Assembly (NCBI GenBank): GCA_013265495.1
Contig: MU058919.1
Coordinates: forward strand, 4,543,345-4,607,344
Source of the DNA: Vicugna vicugna
Lineage: Eukaryota
Length of the DNA stretch: 64,000 nt
Direction of reading: 5' to 3'
Both the position numbers and the translations under genes were made by a program. The notes below the pieces were generated by a model. It had not been told where the DNA came from and searched no databases. It saw nothing but the letters and a program-made list of their open reading frames with translations. Of the stretch, positions 1 through 11,830 are shown piece after piece. Each line of letters begins with the position of its first letter. Position 1 is the first letter of the stretch.

Positions 1-2139
1 GTCAGAGAAGCAAAGGGCACGGTAAACACTCAATAAACAGGAGCTTTTATTCCTTTAGAGGTGAGCTGCCTCTTGCTGCCTCTGCTCATTAGACCTGTTT
101 CAAGAAACAAGCTGACATCAGTCATTTACACTTTAGCATAAATTTAAGAGGAAACATATCTTGAATGGGAATTTGAAGCCTGAGATTGCTCTAGCTGAGC
201 ATACAAGATTGTTTTGTCTTGTGGAGGGGGGAAGCTTCCTAGGCAGAGGGGTTCCTGGGGGTGGCAGTAGGGGTCACAACCCACCACTCAGGCTAGGGTT
301 TGAATGAACTGCAAGAGATTGCCTGAGGAGTAAAGGGAAACTTGAAGACGCCTAGGGGTGATGACAGGGGACTTTCAGGAAGGATTTCAGAGGTGAGGGG
401 TCTTTAAGGGAGAGTTTCCATTGTCCTCCCTGTCCGTCCAGTGGCTCCAGGCTTTCTTCTGACACCCCCATGCCCAGTTCTCCATGGGTTTCCCTCCCTT
501 CTGTCCCCAGTGTTGTCTGTCCCAATTAGCTCCATGATTTAGTTCCCGTTTCCTGCTCTGACTTGGAAAAGATCAGATTCACTCTATGAGTAAAATTCTG
601 TAACCTTTTGAAAACGACCTGGTAAATATTTGGATGAGGAACAGCCTGACGGCAATGGTCCTGACTGTGAGCGTGGGGGCCCCTGGGGTGGGTGTGCACG
701 TGTGTGTGGGCTCGAGAAAGAAGTGTGAAGACTCCAGCGATGTCTTCCCACCAATGACTGAAGCCTTTCTCTGACTTTTCAGGCGTATTGTCCAGTGTTT
801 AAAGAAAGAGCGTGTTCCCGTCACTGTCCTTGGCTGTACCGCTTTGCGAGTAGGTCACCTTTTTCCCTCTGTCCTCGTCACCGTAGCAGGAGCTGGGTGC
901 TTGCTTGGGGAAGCAGCGATTGGAGGAGGCTGCAAGGTTACAGGCGACAGTCTTGTCCTAAGGTAAAGAGTGAGACATCAGTAGGTTTTTCCCCGAGATG
1001 TGTGCTCACCTTTAGCCCCAAGCTCCGTGTGGAGACAAGCAAGGTAAAAAGGCAAAGAGAATTTTGATTCTACCAAAAACCTTTGGATATTTAGCGGTAT
1101 GGCTTGTTCTTGGAAGTCTTGACTTGGTCAGGAAGAGCCCAGCTTCTCCTAGTGTCCCGGAGAGAGGGTGACACGCAGACCACGCTCTGCGTGTGCATCT
1201 GGGGAGCGAATCGTCCTGCGTGGCCTGCTCCTCCAGCAGAAACAGGGAGCATCCCTCCCGTGGAGCTTTGTGCCCATTTCTGGAGGCCATCGGGGGAGAT
1301 GGGCTGACGCAGCACAGGAGCGACTGGAACCTTCCGGGCCTTTGCCAGTCAAGGCCAAACCTGAGTGGTTCTCTGCCGTGGTCAGCGGTCCCCCGGACCT
1401 GTGTGCAGGACCCATCTGCCTGCTGTGAGGATTTGAGTGGCCTTCCCAGGCTGTGTTCATAGGACAAGGCCACTGGGTCCCGTCAGTGGGTGAATGGTGA
1501 CGCAAGCTCCACTCTGGCTTTCGTGTGTTGGCGAATGAAGCCACTGAATTTTTGTTCAGACACAGGATTTTGTCTTCTAGTATCCATTCTACTAGTTAGT
1601 GTTTTCCCGCTGCACCATCTTGTCGTGTGTGTGTGGGCGTGTGCATGCGTGTGGGCAGTGAGGATTCCTAAAGTGGTCGTAAGAAAATGCAGCCCCCTTG
1701 TAAAGATGCCGAGGGAAATGAGCTCCCTCTCGGCCCACAGAGCTCCCCTCCTGCCTCGGCCTGCGGTGGGTCCAGCCTGGGCCGCTGTCCTCCGCCTGGT
1801 CCTGCAGGGTCTCGTGTCGCTGAAGATGTACAGGCGGGGGAGGAGTCGGGATGAATCCCATCTTGGAGATGACAGCACAGAGCCTCAGAGGCAGGATCCA
1901 GACCCAGACCCAAGTCTCCCCACCTTCCATCGTGTCTCCTGTGGGACTGCACAGACGATAATGGAGCTTCTTTACCCCCAGCAGCAGTGGCCTTGACGTC
2001 TTCTCACTGGAACCAGCTTGGTGATGAGACCCCAGACCTGCCTGGCCGTGGAGCCGCCTCCTCTCGCCCAGCCAGGACTCCACACAGGGGGGCAGGTCCA
2101 CACTCCCCTCCTTGGAGGACGAGCACACGATCGCAGCAG

Positions 2140-2348
2140 TGATAACGGCCACTTACTCACTGTGCTCCGAGCGCTGCGTACCACTGTCTGCTTTGATCCC
2201 CGCCACTGTCTGGTAAGGTGGCTTCATCTGCACTCGCATTTGACAGATCAGTAAACCGAGGCACGTGAGGAGCAGGGGCTTGCCTGGGGTGGCACAGCCG
2301 TGTGTCACAGCCAGGACTGGAATGCTGGCAGACTGGTTCCAGGCCCCA
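2140..2348 (-). mobile_element. MIR SINE (ancient)
   Basis: Contains 'tttgacagatcagtaaaccgaggcacgtgaggag...ttgcctggggtggcacagcc...ccaggactggaat', matching the reverse-complement MIR core (ttacagatgaggaaactgaggcacagagaggttaagtaacttgcccaaggtcacacag). Confidence 0.8.
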
Positions 2349-3364
2349 CTCTCACTGTTGGGCTGGGCTCTCCCCGCAGGAGGGAGCCCAGGGTGTCAGC
2401 AGTTACCTCCCGGGCTGCCCTGTTTCAGATGCATTTTCATTTAATGCGACATCTCCTCTCCTTTGAAAAATCATGTTTCTAAGGCCATGCTTTGAAAGCA
2501 GTGAAGAATCCCGGGCTCTTTGGAAGCCAAAATCCTTCAGCCGAGCAAACCACCAAGTGATAGTCCCGACAATGCAAGAAGGCCATGGGGCAGGTGGCCT
2601 GAGCGCAGTAGACGGGGCCGGGCACCCCCCGCCCCAGCCTGAGAGGCTCTCTTCCTGGAAGTCTGCCTCCTGTCACCACCCCCGCCACCCCCTTTCTCCA
2701 GCCCGGTTTCTTTCTCTACCAGAATCTAAGACGAAAAGGAAGGTGACACAGGAAGCTGGAAACAGGCTTGCTCCTCACTCCCCTAAGCGTTTCCACAGAG
2801 GGGGCTTGTCAGGCTGTCTGGTACAGACTGGACTTTCTGAGGGTTTCTTTTCCCAAAAGAGTTGTGGGGAGAGAGAGGAGGAGCTGGGAGGGTCGGGAGG
2901 GCAAGGTGGGGCTCCAGGTCCCGCAGTAATCCGACTGCACTTAACCCGGCGTTTCTGCCCTGGCCTGGGAGCTGGGGGCACGCGGGCCCTCTGTCTAGCT
3001 GGCAGCTCCTCCCAGAGCCCCCGGGAGCCCTCTGGCCGGTCCAGGGGGCGCAGGCCGCCGGGCTTCGCGTTTCTCAGTCGCTGATGCTCAGCACCGCCTC
3101 CCCTGAGATGCGCGTCGCTGACAAGCCGGCCCCGCTGCGCGTCCGGGGATTAATGTCCCCAGCGTGGAGGGTCGGTGCAGTGTGCAAAGGCCAGTATTAA
3201 TCGACAAATTAAAGCCAGTGAAAACCTGGGCAGGTGAGAGGAAGTCTCTGAGCTTGATCAAAAACACACTCCTGTTTCAGGTCTAAATAACGGGCCACGG
3301 GCGGCACATCTGTAAATTATACAGGAAGCCTCCTGCAACAGCTGATTCAGCCTGACAGCTTTAC

Positions 3365-3512
3365 NNNNNNNNNNNNNNNNNNNNNNNNNNNNNNNNNNNN
3401 NNNNNNNNNNNNNNNNNNNNNNNNNNNNNNNNNNNNNNNNNNNNNNNNNNNNNNNNNNNNNNNNNNNNNNNNNNNNNNNNNNNNNNNNNNNNNNNNNNNN
3501 NNNNNNNNNNNN
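3365..3512. other. N-block (148 bp) inside an enhancer-like element
   Basis: Run of N flanked by TAAT/E-box-rich non-repetitive DNA. Confidence 0.95.
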
Positions 3513-4912
3513 GACTGGATTCCACAACTACTTTTAATATTCACCTTTTGAGTTCTTCTCCAGCACTGGACACATTGGAATGATTAAAACAGCGCCGGGT
3601 CCCCATGCCGGGTGCCGTCTAATGTAAAACAGCCCAGGTGCTGAAGACAAGTGAGCCCTCTTGGTAAGTCCATTCTTTCTTTGCTTAAAGTTGCTTTGTG
3701 GGAGCACCGAGGGTGGAATATTAATAGTAAAAAAAAAAAAATTAAAGTAATGCTCCTTGAGTAGATGCCTGGGGGAAGGTGAAAGCTCGGTGCTAGGCAG
3801 AGCTTGTGCTTCGGGTGGCCTTGCGCTGGTTGCCTTGGTTTCTGGGCTTTTTGCTTGGATCCTGGGTTTGCGACTGGGGGAACAGTGCGGCCTGAGCTCT
3901 GCTCCCTTCCCCCCTGGGCCCCCCCCACGGAGGTCAGCCATGTGCTCTGAGCCGGCCTCGGGCTGGGCTCCCACAGCAGGGGTAGGATTGTGCGAGCCCA
4001 GCGGTGTCTCTCCACCTCTCCCCTGAGACCCAGGCCACCAGGGCACATTCTCAGAAGGGCACCCCAGGATTAAGGAACTCAGAGGGCCACCAAGAAGGGG
4101 AAAGCTAATAGGTTGGTTCTTCCAACACCTACCCCCGACCAAGCCCCCGCTCCCTTCGCTCTAACCACTGGGCTAAGGGGCCACAGATCATCTCTGACTT
4201 CTCTGAAGCTGACTACACAAGGTAGGTGAGCTCTTTCCTTCCCTTTCTGCTCCAGAGTTCCCTCAGCCTTTGATGGCAGGGAGGAAATAGTCAGGGGTGC
4301 CTCACACCGCCTCCCTTAATTTTTGTTTTAAATCCAAGTCGTTATGAGATTTCTCAGTGGGGAAAAAATGGACCTGAACCCTTGGGAGACTGGGCACCGC
4401 TGGGAGCTCTGAATTCATTTGGAAGTGTTTTTGTGGGATTGCAAATGTTGCCTTTTTCATATGCAAAATTCACATTTAATTTTCTCTGATCTTGAAAATC
4501 ATAAACAGTTTTCATGCATTTAATTTGGGGTGAAATTTAGTTGTGTTTGCTGCTTTTCATTCAAGGATAACTCAGTTGTCTGTGTTTTGGTCTCAATTGT
4601 CTAAGGATGTGAAAGGCACACTTACCTGTTAGTATGTCTGCGGTAAACGCCATTTCTTGACACAAAGGACAAGGTACGCTCCTGTGTTGGGATTAAAGAC
4701 GTGTTCTTGGTCATCAGCTGTCCTCTCTCGAGCGAACCAAAAAGTTATGTGCATGGACAGTAGCAGAAATGTCTGCCCTTGTAGGAAGTCATCATGCTGA
4801 TGACCACCCAGCTAGATGGAGCCTGTGACCACATTTACAGCCCGTCCCCCAAGCACTCTTTCAAATTTAAGACTGGTCATCATTCCTAATGTAGTGGTAA
4901 TGATGGTGGTAA

Positions 4913-5105
4913 GGGTGCAATACCGCCATCACTAGCCACATGTAGCTCTTTAAATTTAAAAATAAAAATCAAATTAAATAAAAAATCCAGTTCCTCAGTC
5001 ACAGCGGCCACATTTCAAGTGTTCAGTAGATGGTGGGTGACAACTGTATTGGAGAGCTCGTGTATACGCCCTTCCCATCATCACAGAAGGTTCTGTTAGG
5101 GTTAG
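4913..5105 (-). mobile_element. MER3 hAT-Charlie DNA transposon (MITE)
   Basis: 'actagccacatgtagctctttaaatttaaa...cagttcctcagtcacagcggccacatttcaagtgttcagtag...tattgg...ccatcatcacagaaggttctg' follows the recalled MER3 consensus along its full length. Confidence 0.85.
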
Positions 5106-5942
5106 AGCTTATCCTGATCCTAAAGGAGTCACGAAGAAGACAGGCTGTTCTTCCAGGTCACATTCAGTTGAAAGCCTGTCGTGAGAGGGGACCCAGGAGC
5201 TGCTGGCAAACCTTGATGAAAGTGGAAATTTCCCATGTGGCACCCAAGACTAACTCCGACCCAGAGTAGTGTGAGGATGAACTTTGTTAACGACGGTTCT
5301 GCCAGAGTCCCGGTGACAGATAGGAACAGAATGGAGTTCTGAACGGCCGCAATATCCCGGGTGCGCAAGTGCTCAAGTCGCTGATGTTCATGACACAGGA
5401 GAAATGTTTCTCATTTTCTGCAACGTAATTTTTTATTTAGTAACTCTTGGGTGTCTTGTGTCTAGGGAACCGTCCCTCTGCAGGTTCTGAGCACCCTTGT
5501 GTCAAGGCTGGGAGACGGGTCCCCGGCTCACCCTTGACAACACTCCATCCTTGCGCTCAGCCAGAGAATGCTTTATTTCTAGTGGTCAGCACTTTAAAGA
5601 CACGGCTTGTGCGGAGAGATTCTTTTTTTACACCCTGTTGCGGACACCCTGCTTTTCCTTCAAAGCCAACAAGCTTGATGAGAGTCTACGCGATGGCTTT
5701 CTCTGTGGTTCAAGAATCTGGGACCTCTCTTCTCTGGTCACCTGCCTGGAGCAGGTTCACTATCTGTGCATGTCCAGCCCAGCTTAGCCAACTGCCTGGC
5801 AAAGCGATGGAGCCGTGAGTGCCATCTCCTGGGATGCACCATCCTCGTGGACCGTGGTACTGTTCAGGAGAGTGGGGTTCTGAGGGGAGGGTGGAAACAA
5901 CCTGAGAAGACCTGAGTTGAGCCTTGCTGATCAATTGTTTTG

Positions 5943-6110
5943 TTAGCTAACAGTGAGCACCTGCTATGTTCCAGAATTATGCTAAGAACCTCTTTATGTT
6001 GGTGTCTTCCAGCCGCTGCAAGAAGCCTTGGCGTGAGCACTGCCGTCTCCAGCTTGCAGATGAGGATGTCGGCGCTGCGTGTTAAGTAGCTGGTTCTAGG
6101 TCACCCAGGA
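5943..6110 (-). mobile_element. MIR SINE
   Basis: 'gagcacctgctatgttccagaattatgctaag...ttgcagatgaggatgtcggcgc...gttaagtagctggttctaggtcacccag' resembles reverse-complement MIR. Confidence 0.75.
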
Positions 6111-7865
6111 CAAGACCCGCTGACCTCAAACCCGGAGCCGAGTCTCCTTAACATCAAAGCCAGGCTCCGGGCAGCGGGGGCACGCCCTCTTGAATGATGG
6201 GTAGGGCTGCCTGGGGAATCCCAAGAAACTAAGCTTTCCCAGACTTGGGATGTGTGGTGGAGACCATTCAAGGTCTGAGCCTGGGGCCCCAGGGCAGCAG
6301 TAGGATTCCACTGAGCTTGCTTTGAAATTGGAGCCAGCAACCTTGGGCCCACCTTGGTACAAAAAGAGGGGCTGCTTCTCCCTGGGTTGGAGAGCCAGTC
6401 TTCGTAGCCAAGCCCACGTGCCCTGAGACAGCCTCTAGGACCCTGCTACCCAGTCCCCTTGACAAATGAGCCAGCAGAGGTCAGCCAGGGCCTGTGCGCC
6501 TGAAGTCACACAAGAGCTAGAAGTAACACCCTGGTGTTCTGCCTGGGCTCCGCCCAGGAGCCCACGGGATGCCCAGCCCCAGGGCCAAGACACCGTGCTT
6601 CTCTTTGCCTGCAGCGAGCCCCTCAGGTCCTGCTGGGGGTCCCCTGGGAGCCAGCACCTGCCAGCGCAGACGTGCCGGCGGACTTTTCTCTGTAGAGCAG
6701 AAGTCTGAGTGCCTGCCCACCCGCTGGACGCATCACTCGGGATAGGGAGTGGCAGGGGCGGGGCAGGGTTACACCCGAACGTGCTGGGTGGGGGGTTTGA
6801 CTTGTAGCCACCTGAACCGGGGGAGATTTCCGAGTGCTGAGCCTGGATCACCCGGTGGCCGGCTCTGCACGTGCCTGGGGGCTTTGCTTTACCCTCAGGA
6901 AAACCCAGAGACAAAGCCCCGGGGCAGCTCGGGTAAGCTGGGTCGTGCTTCCCTGTAGCTGCATTCAACTTGCAGGTGGAGAGAAGGATGGTCGGAGCCT
7001 GCCTGTGCCTCTGAGTTCTGAATCCAGCCCTTGTACTTGGAGAACACTGAAATCAAACGACTGTTCACAAGCTAGAGAAATCGCAGTTATAAGGCAAGTA
7101 CCTCCTGCACGCTCACACCGCCCAGGGCTGGAGACTTCACTGCCGCCCCTCCCAAACCAGCGCGGGCTCACCCACATGCACCGACGTGGCCCACACCTGG
7201 CCCTCCCCTGACCGCACCCTGGTGACGCGGTCTCCTCACTGTTCATCTGCTTCCTCCACAGGACCGTGAGCATCTTCAGGGCAGGGGCTGCGTCTGGCTT
7301 GCTCCTCCTTCTACTTTCAGTGCCTGGAAGGGGCCCTGTGCATGGGGCTCCCTGTCTCTGGTGAGCGTGTGGAAGGCCAGGCCTCATCGTCACCTGCGCG
7401 GCCCTGCGGGGCCAGGACCTACACGGGATCCATGCCCCAGGCCCTCGGGGGCCCTGTGCTCGTCCACCCTGTTCCTCAGACATGGCTCTCAGGTTGGAAG
7501 AGGGCCCGACGGCCGCCCGTGGACCCAGCCCCAGCTGGCTCTTTCTCTCCTTGCAGACCCAAAGGCCCCCTCCCCATTTCTTCGAAAGAGCCTCCTCTTT
7601 TCTCTCCAGATCGCTCCAGCTCTTCTTGGAGATGCCGGTGCAGGAGAACAAGAAATGCTGGACCAGGCTGCCACCCGCCTCCACGCGGGGCCTGCCACCT
7701 CCCAGCTGCTCGAGTCTCTGGATGCCGGAGAGGGGGGCTTCTGGGGGTGACAGTCTCTTCTCCAAAATCTTCATCCACTGTAAACACAGCTAACTACCAA
7801 CTCGTAAAACATATCAGCTGGGTTTATTACTTTTAACCGTCTTTCCAATTGTTCTATAAAATAAA

Positions 7866-8006
7866 NNNNNNNNNNNNNNNNNNNNNNNNNNNNNNNNNNN
7901 NNNNNNNNNNNNNNNNNNNNNNNNNNNNNNNNNNNNNNNNNNNNNNNNNNNNNNNNNNNNNNNNNNNNNNNNNNNNNNNNNNNNNNNNNNNNNNNNNNNN
8001 NNNNNN
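7866..8006. other. N-block (141 bp) inside an enhancer-like element
   Basis: Run of N next to a homeodomain-motif cluster at 8140-8200. Confidence 0.95.
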
Positions 8007-9099
8007 CTTCCTAACGGAGCAGACGCCGCACGCACAGTAGGTGGGCTCCGGCTCGTGCTCGGCGCCGAGGCCGGGTCGCCGTTTCACCTGGGTTTTGAGT
8101 TGACAGCCTCGCCACACACGTCAGGCTCTGCCAAATGCTCCGCCATTAATTTATGATTTAAAGTAATTAACTTTTGCTGATTAAAGTAATTATTTCAAGT
8201 GCATTGCACTCGGGCCCAAATGATGCGCACAGCCCCCTCTCCAGTTTGAGCTAGCAGCACGCCAAGTGCTTAAAAGCTGCACCGGGGACGGCGAGGGGCC
8301 TCTGCCCGTCTCGCGGCTCCGCCGTGTTTATGACTGACTTGCACTAACTGCTCATTTGAATGCCGGCTTCTGGCAGAACGTTGACGCAGTGTGAAACCTT
8401 CATCCGGTAAACAAGACAAGCTTCAGCCTGGTGACACCGATGACAGTGGAGGCTGTTTAAATGAGTCTTGCCTCCAGCCTTCCAGAGGTATCATGTTTCT
8501 GCACTCTCTTGCGTACCCAGATTGGTCCCTTAAACAGCATACAGCTTCATCTGGCCTCAGCCGAGAGTGTGGAAAATGTGGGCCGCGGGAATCCAGCCCC
8601 GTGCCCCGAAAGTCACCAGCTGCCTGTCACGGACCCCTGTTGGCCCTCGGGGCCCAGACAGGGCAGGGCCGGCAGGTCGCTGTGCAAGGGGGCCTGCTCA
8701 GTCTGGGGAAGCTTCCAGGAGCTGATGGAGAGAGATGGAGCGAGGTCTGAGGGAGGGAGAGCTCTCCCCGCCATTTCACATCCGGTACCTTCTCTCCCTC
8801 GCGTGGCATCGCCTGCCAGTGAGGCAGGGAATCCACCGCGTGGTGCTTTCCAGCCAGGGAGGCTGCTGCGGGCAAGAACAGAGGAGCCCTGAGTTGGCGT
8901 CTCAAGGCCGGAAAACCCTTCCAAACCCCAGCCTCCCTCCCCTTTCACCGGAGGTGCGGGCCAAAGCCCAGCATCCCCGCACCGAGCAGGCTGGGGATGT
9001 GGGCTCGGCGCTGCTCATCGAGACGAGTGGGTGGGCCCCCAGGCTGCAGGCAGGCCCAGGAATCCTTCCTCTCCCGGAAAATCCTGCAAAAACAGTCAT

Positions 9100-9305
9100 C
9101 ACAACTGCTGCCACTTCTCGTGTCCCTGCTGTGTGCCGGGCACCGAGCCTCGCACCGCAGAGATGGCCTCCGGGAGACTTTGCAGCAATGCGAGGAGGCA
9201 TGTCACATCGCACACCTTCCAGCTGAGGCACCCGGGGCTCAGAGTGGTGAGTGACACTCCCAAGGTCACTTAGCCAGTGGACCTGCGGCTCAGAGCCAGG
9301 TCCTG
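9100..9305 (-). mobile_element. MIR SINE
   Basis: 'tgtgtgccgggcaccgagc...cagctgaggcacccggggctcagagtggtgagtgacactcccaaggtcacttagcc...cagagccagg'. Confidence 0.75.
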
Positions 9306-10544
9306 CCGCTTCCAAATTTCCAGAAACATTGCATCTGCTTCATCTCCTTTTGCAAAAATATTCAGGGAGCCGCAGTGGCCTGTTTGAGAGCCCCCTACCC
9401 CCGGCAAGGAAGGACCACGCCGGCTTTTGAGAAGAGCCATAGCCCCTCGGGGCCCCGGAGCCTCCCCGCCTGGGAGAGCCAAGGTGAGGGGCCGGTCAGC
9501 CAGTGCCTTGACTTTGGAAAAGACCGACATTCAGGAGGGGGCGTTCGTGCTCCCACTCACTGCTATTTGGTGGGGGGACACTTTCGGGGCTTAACTTGCA
9601 TTTTTATCTTTTCTCTTAGTAATTATCCCAATACCCTGGGCTTTCAGTGAAGCCGCAAGGAAATCTGATTTTGTATGTAATTAAGTGCCTGATGGGCAGC
9701 GAGCCCCGGCAAACGATATTTCAGCTTAACGCTGTTGAACAAACATCGCCGACAAACGGCGATGCCAGAACCATCATCTGTGTCTTGGCACCCTCGCCAC
9801 CGCGCGATGGCTGGGATCGTAAATAACCCACTTCGCTTTCGGGGTGAGTTAAGTGCTCTTAAAGGGTTCGAGTGAAAGCTCATCAAAGGGAAACACTCTG
9901 TCTTCCATCCAGGAGTCGGGGCCGCGCCAAGCCGGGTGGGCAGATGCTCTGTCCTGCTTGGCACGGGGCTGCAAGGGCGACACTCCACTCACTGCCCTCG
10001 CGAGTGTCGGCGCAGGTGCCAAATGGCAGAGTCTGGAATGCGAGCAGCCAGGAGAGGGCCGAGCCGATGGGGCCACTGCAGCGGAGGCCCGGAGAGGCCG
10101 GGGGAGGAGGCTCCCACCGCTCGGACTGTGCAGCCAGCAGACGGCGGTGCGGTCCCTGCCCCGACCGGGATTTTTCAGAGCCCAGAGAATTGCTGGAACT
10201 GAGAAACTAGCATCAGACAAAATAAAGATGCTCAGAGGGAAACTAGGAGCCTTTGAAGGAGGACAGTGGCAGGAGGGCGGCCCAAACGTGTGGTGGGGCG
10301 TGGCGGGCATGGCTGGAGCTTCCTCAGCGTAACATCCGGAGAATCCCACGTTCGCACAGCCAGTGGCGCGTGGCTAGCTAGCACAGTCGGGGCGGTGGGC
10401 TAGCGCAGTTCAGAACATTTCTTTTCCTTCCTCTTGTTTATTTCAGATAAAAAGAATGAACACAAAACTTCAAGAAAATGTGATTCACAGCCCAGTGTGG
10501 CCAGGCCCCTCAGGTTATTCCTCTTGTTCTGGTTTTTCTAGAAA

Positions 10545-10670
10545 ACTCCAGGCTTAGTAGCCGTACCTGCCCAGGTTCAAATCCCAGCCCGGTCACTTGT
10601 CAACCAAGTGACTTGGGCCAGTCAGTTCATTCTCCACGCCTCAGTTTCCTCCACTGCAAAAGGGGCAGAA
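10545..10670 (+). mobile_element. MIR SINE
   Basis: 'ccaggttcaaatcccagcccggtcacttg...gtgacttgggccagtcag...gcctcagtttcctccactgcaaaagggg' is the MIR core in forward orientation. Confidence 0.85.
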
Positions 10671-11372
10671 AAAAAACTGATGTGCTCTTTGGAAGCGCGG
10701 TGATGCGAGCTGAGTTACAGTCTGAGCCCAGGAAACAGCAGCGGCTGCCAAAGGTGTGGCCTTGCTGTGACTGTCCTCATCACTGCAGACCCCAGCAGCA
10801 GGCTGCGTTTGGCTGCAGGCGCTGAGTTCTGGGGCGTAGGAAGAAGGGCGCAGAATGAAGCAGGAGTACTCATGTCCGCCAGGCGTCGTGAACGGGGCAG
10901 CGCCAGTGGGTGAGCACACAGCAGGGAGGCCCTGGGACCGGCGGTGAGCCACACCCAGCTCCCAGTTACGTTTTACAAAACTCCATTCCTTCCTGATCGT
11001 GAAGATCTGTTCAGTCAGCGTACCTGCGTGCACCTGCTCTGGGCCAGGCCCTGGCGTGGGTGCTGGGATACACCACGAACCAGACCACGACAGATAGGCA
11101 GAAACAGAGGCAGGTCCCTCTCTCAGCGGACATTTGGAAAATACAGAAGAGAGCAAACAGGATGGTGAAGGCCTGTGTTGCCCTGGCACCCAGAGGCATT
11201 CCAGTTCAAGGGTCCGTATGTGCGTCTGGACACAGAGCCATCTCCTGCTAGCTCCCCTGGACCTGAAGGACTGGGAAGACACACACCGCATAATCTTCAA
11301 AAGCATCACACGTGGCAGGGGCAGCTTACCCCACTGTGTGTGTGTCACAGGTAGCTGAGCCTGCGGAACTGG

Positions 11373-11830
11373 CTGTAGGAGGCTAAACAATAGCCCCGAA
11401 GACATCATCCTAATTCTGGAACCGGCGCGTTCGCTTACAGAGCAGAGAGTTTGTAGGCGTGATTAGATTAAGAATCTCCAGATGGAGAGATAAACCTGGA
11501 TTATGCAAGTGGGCCCTAAATGCCACCACAAGTATCCTTACTAGAGGAGGGCAGAGGGAGATGTGACAGGGACAGAGGAGGAGGCCATGGGAGTTTGGAG
11601 TCAGAGACGAGTGATGTGGCTACAAGCCAAAGAATGCTGGCCGCCACCAGGAGCAAGAGGGGGCAAGGAACAGACCCCTCCTCCCGCCTCCCAAAAGCAC
11701 GGCCCTGCCAACACCTTGACTTCAGCCCAGTGAAGCTGATTTCAGACTTGTGTCCCCCAGACTGGAAGAGGACATCCTTCAGCTGTGTTAACCACCCCAG
11801 GCACAGGAAACTGCTACAGCAGGTGAATGT
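11373..11830 (+). mobile_element. MLT1 (ERVL-MaLR) solo LTR, MLT1C/D-like
   Basis: Begins 'tgtaggaggctaaacaatagcccc', contains 'gtgattagattaagaatctccagatggagagataaacctggattat...gggccctaaatg', 'gccctgccaacaccttgacttcagcccagtgaagctgatttcagactt', and ends near 'ctgctacagcag'. Confidence 0.85.

Noticed and set aside
7240-7560. Acceptor-like sites at ~7260 and ~7556
   Set aside because: No matching strong donors or exon-like content; pyrimidine tracts are common in introns.
6965-7774. 269-aa minus-strand ORF
   Set aside because: Low-complexity, stop-poor GC-rich DNA with no recognisable protein features.
9744-9764. 8-bp perfect hairpin as a structured RNA
   Set aside because: Several such inverted repeats are expected by chance in 64 kb; it is kept only as part of the surrounding island.
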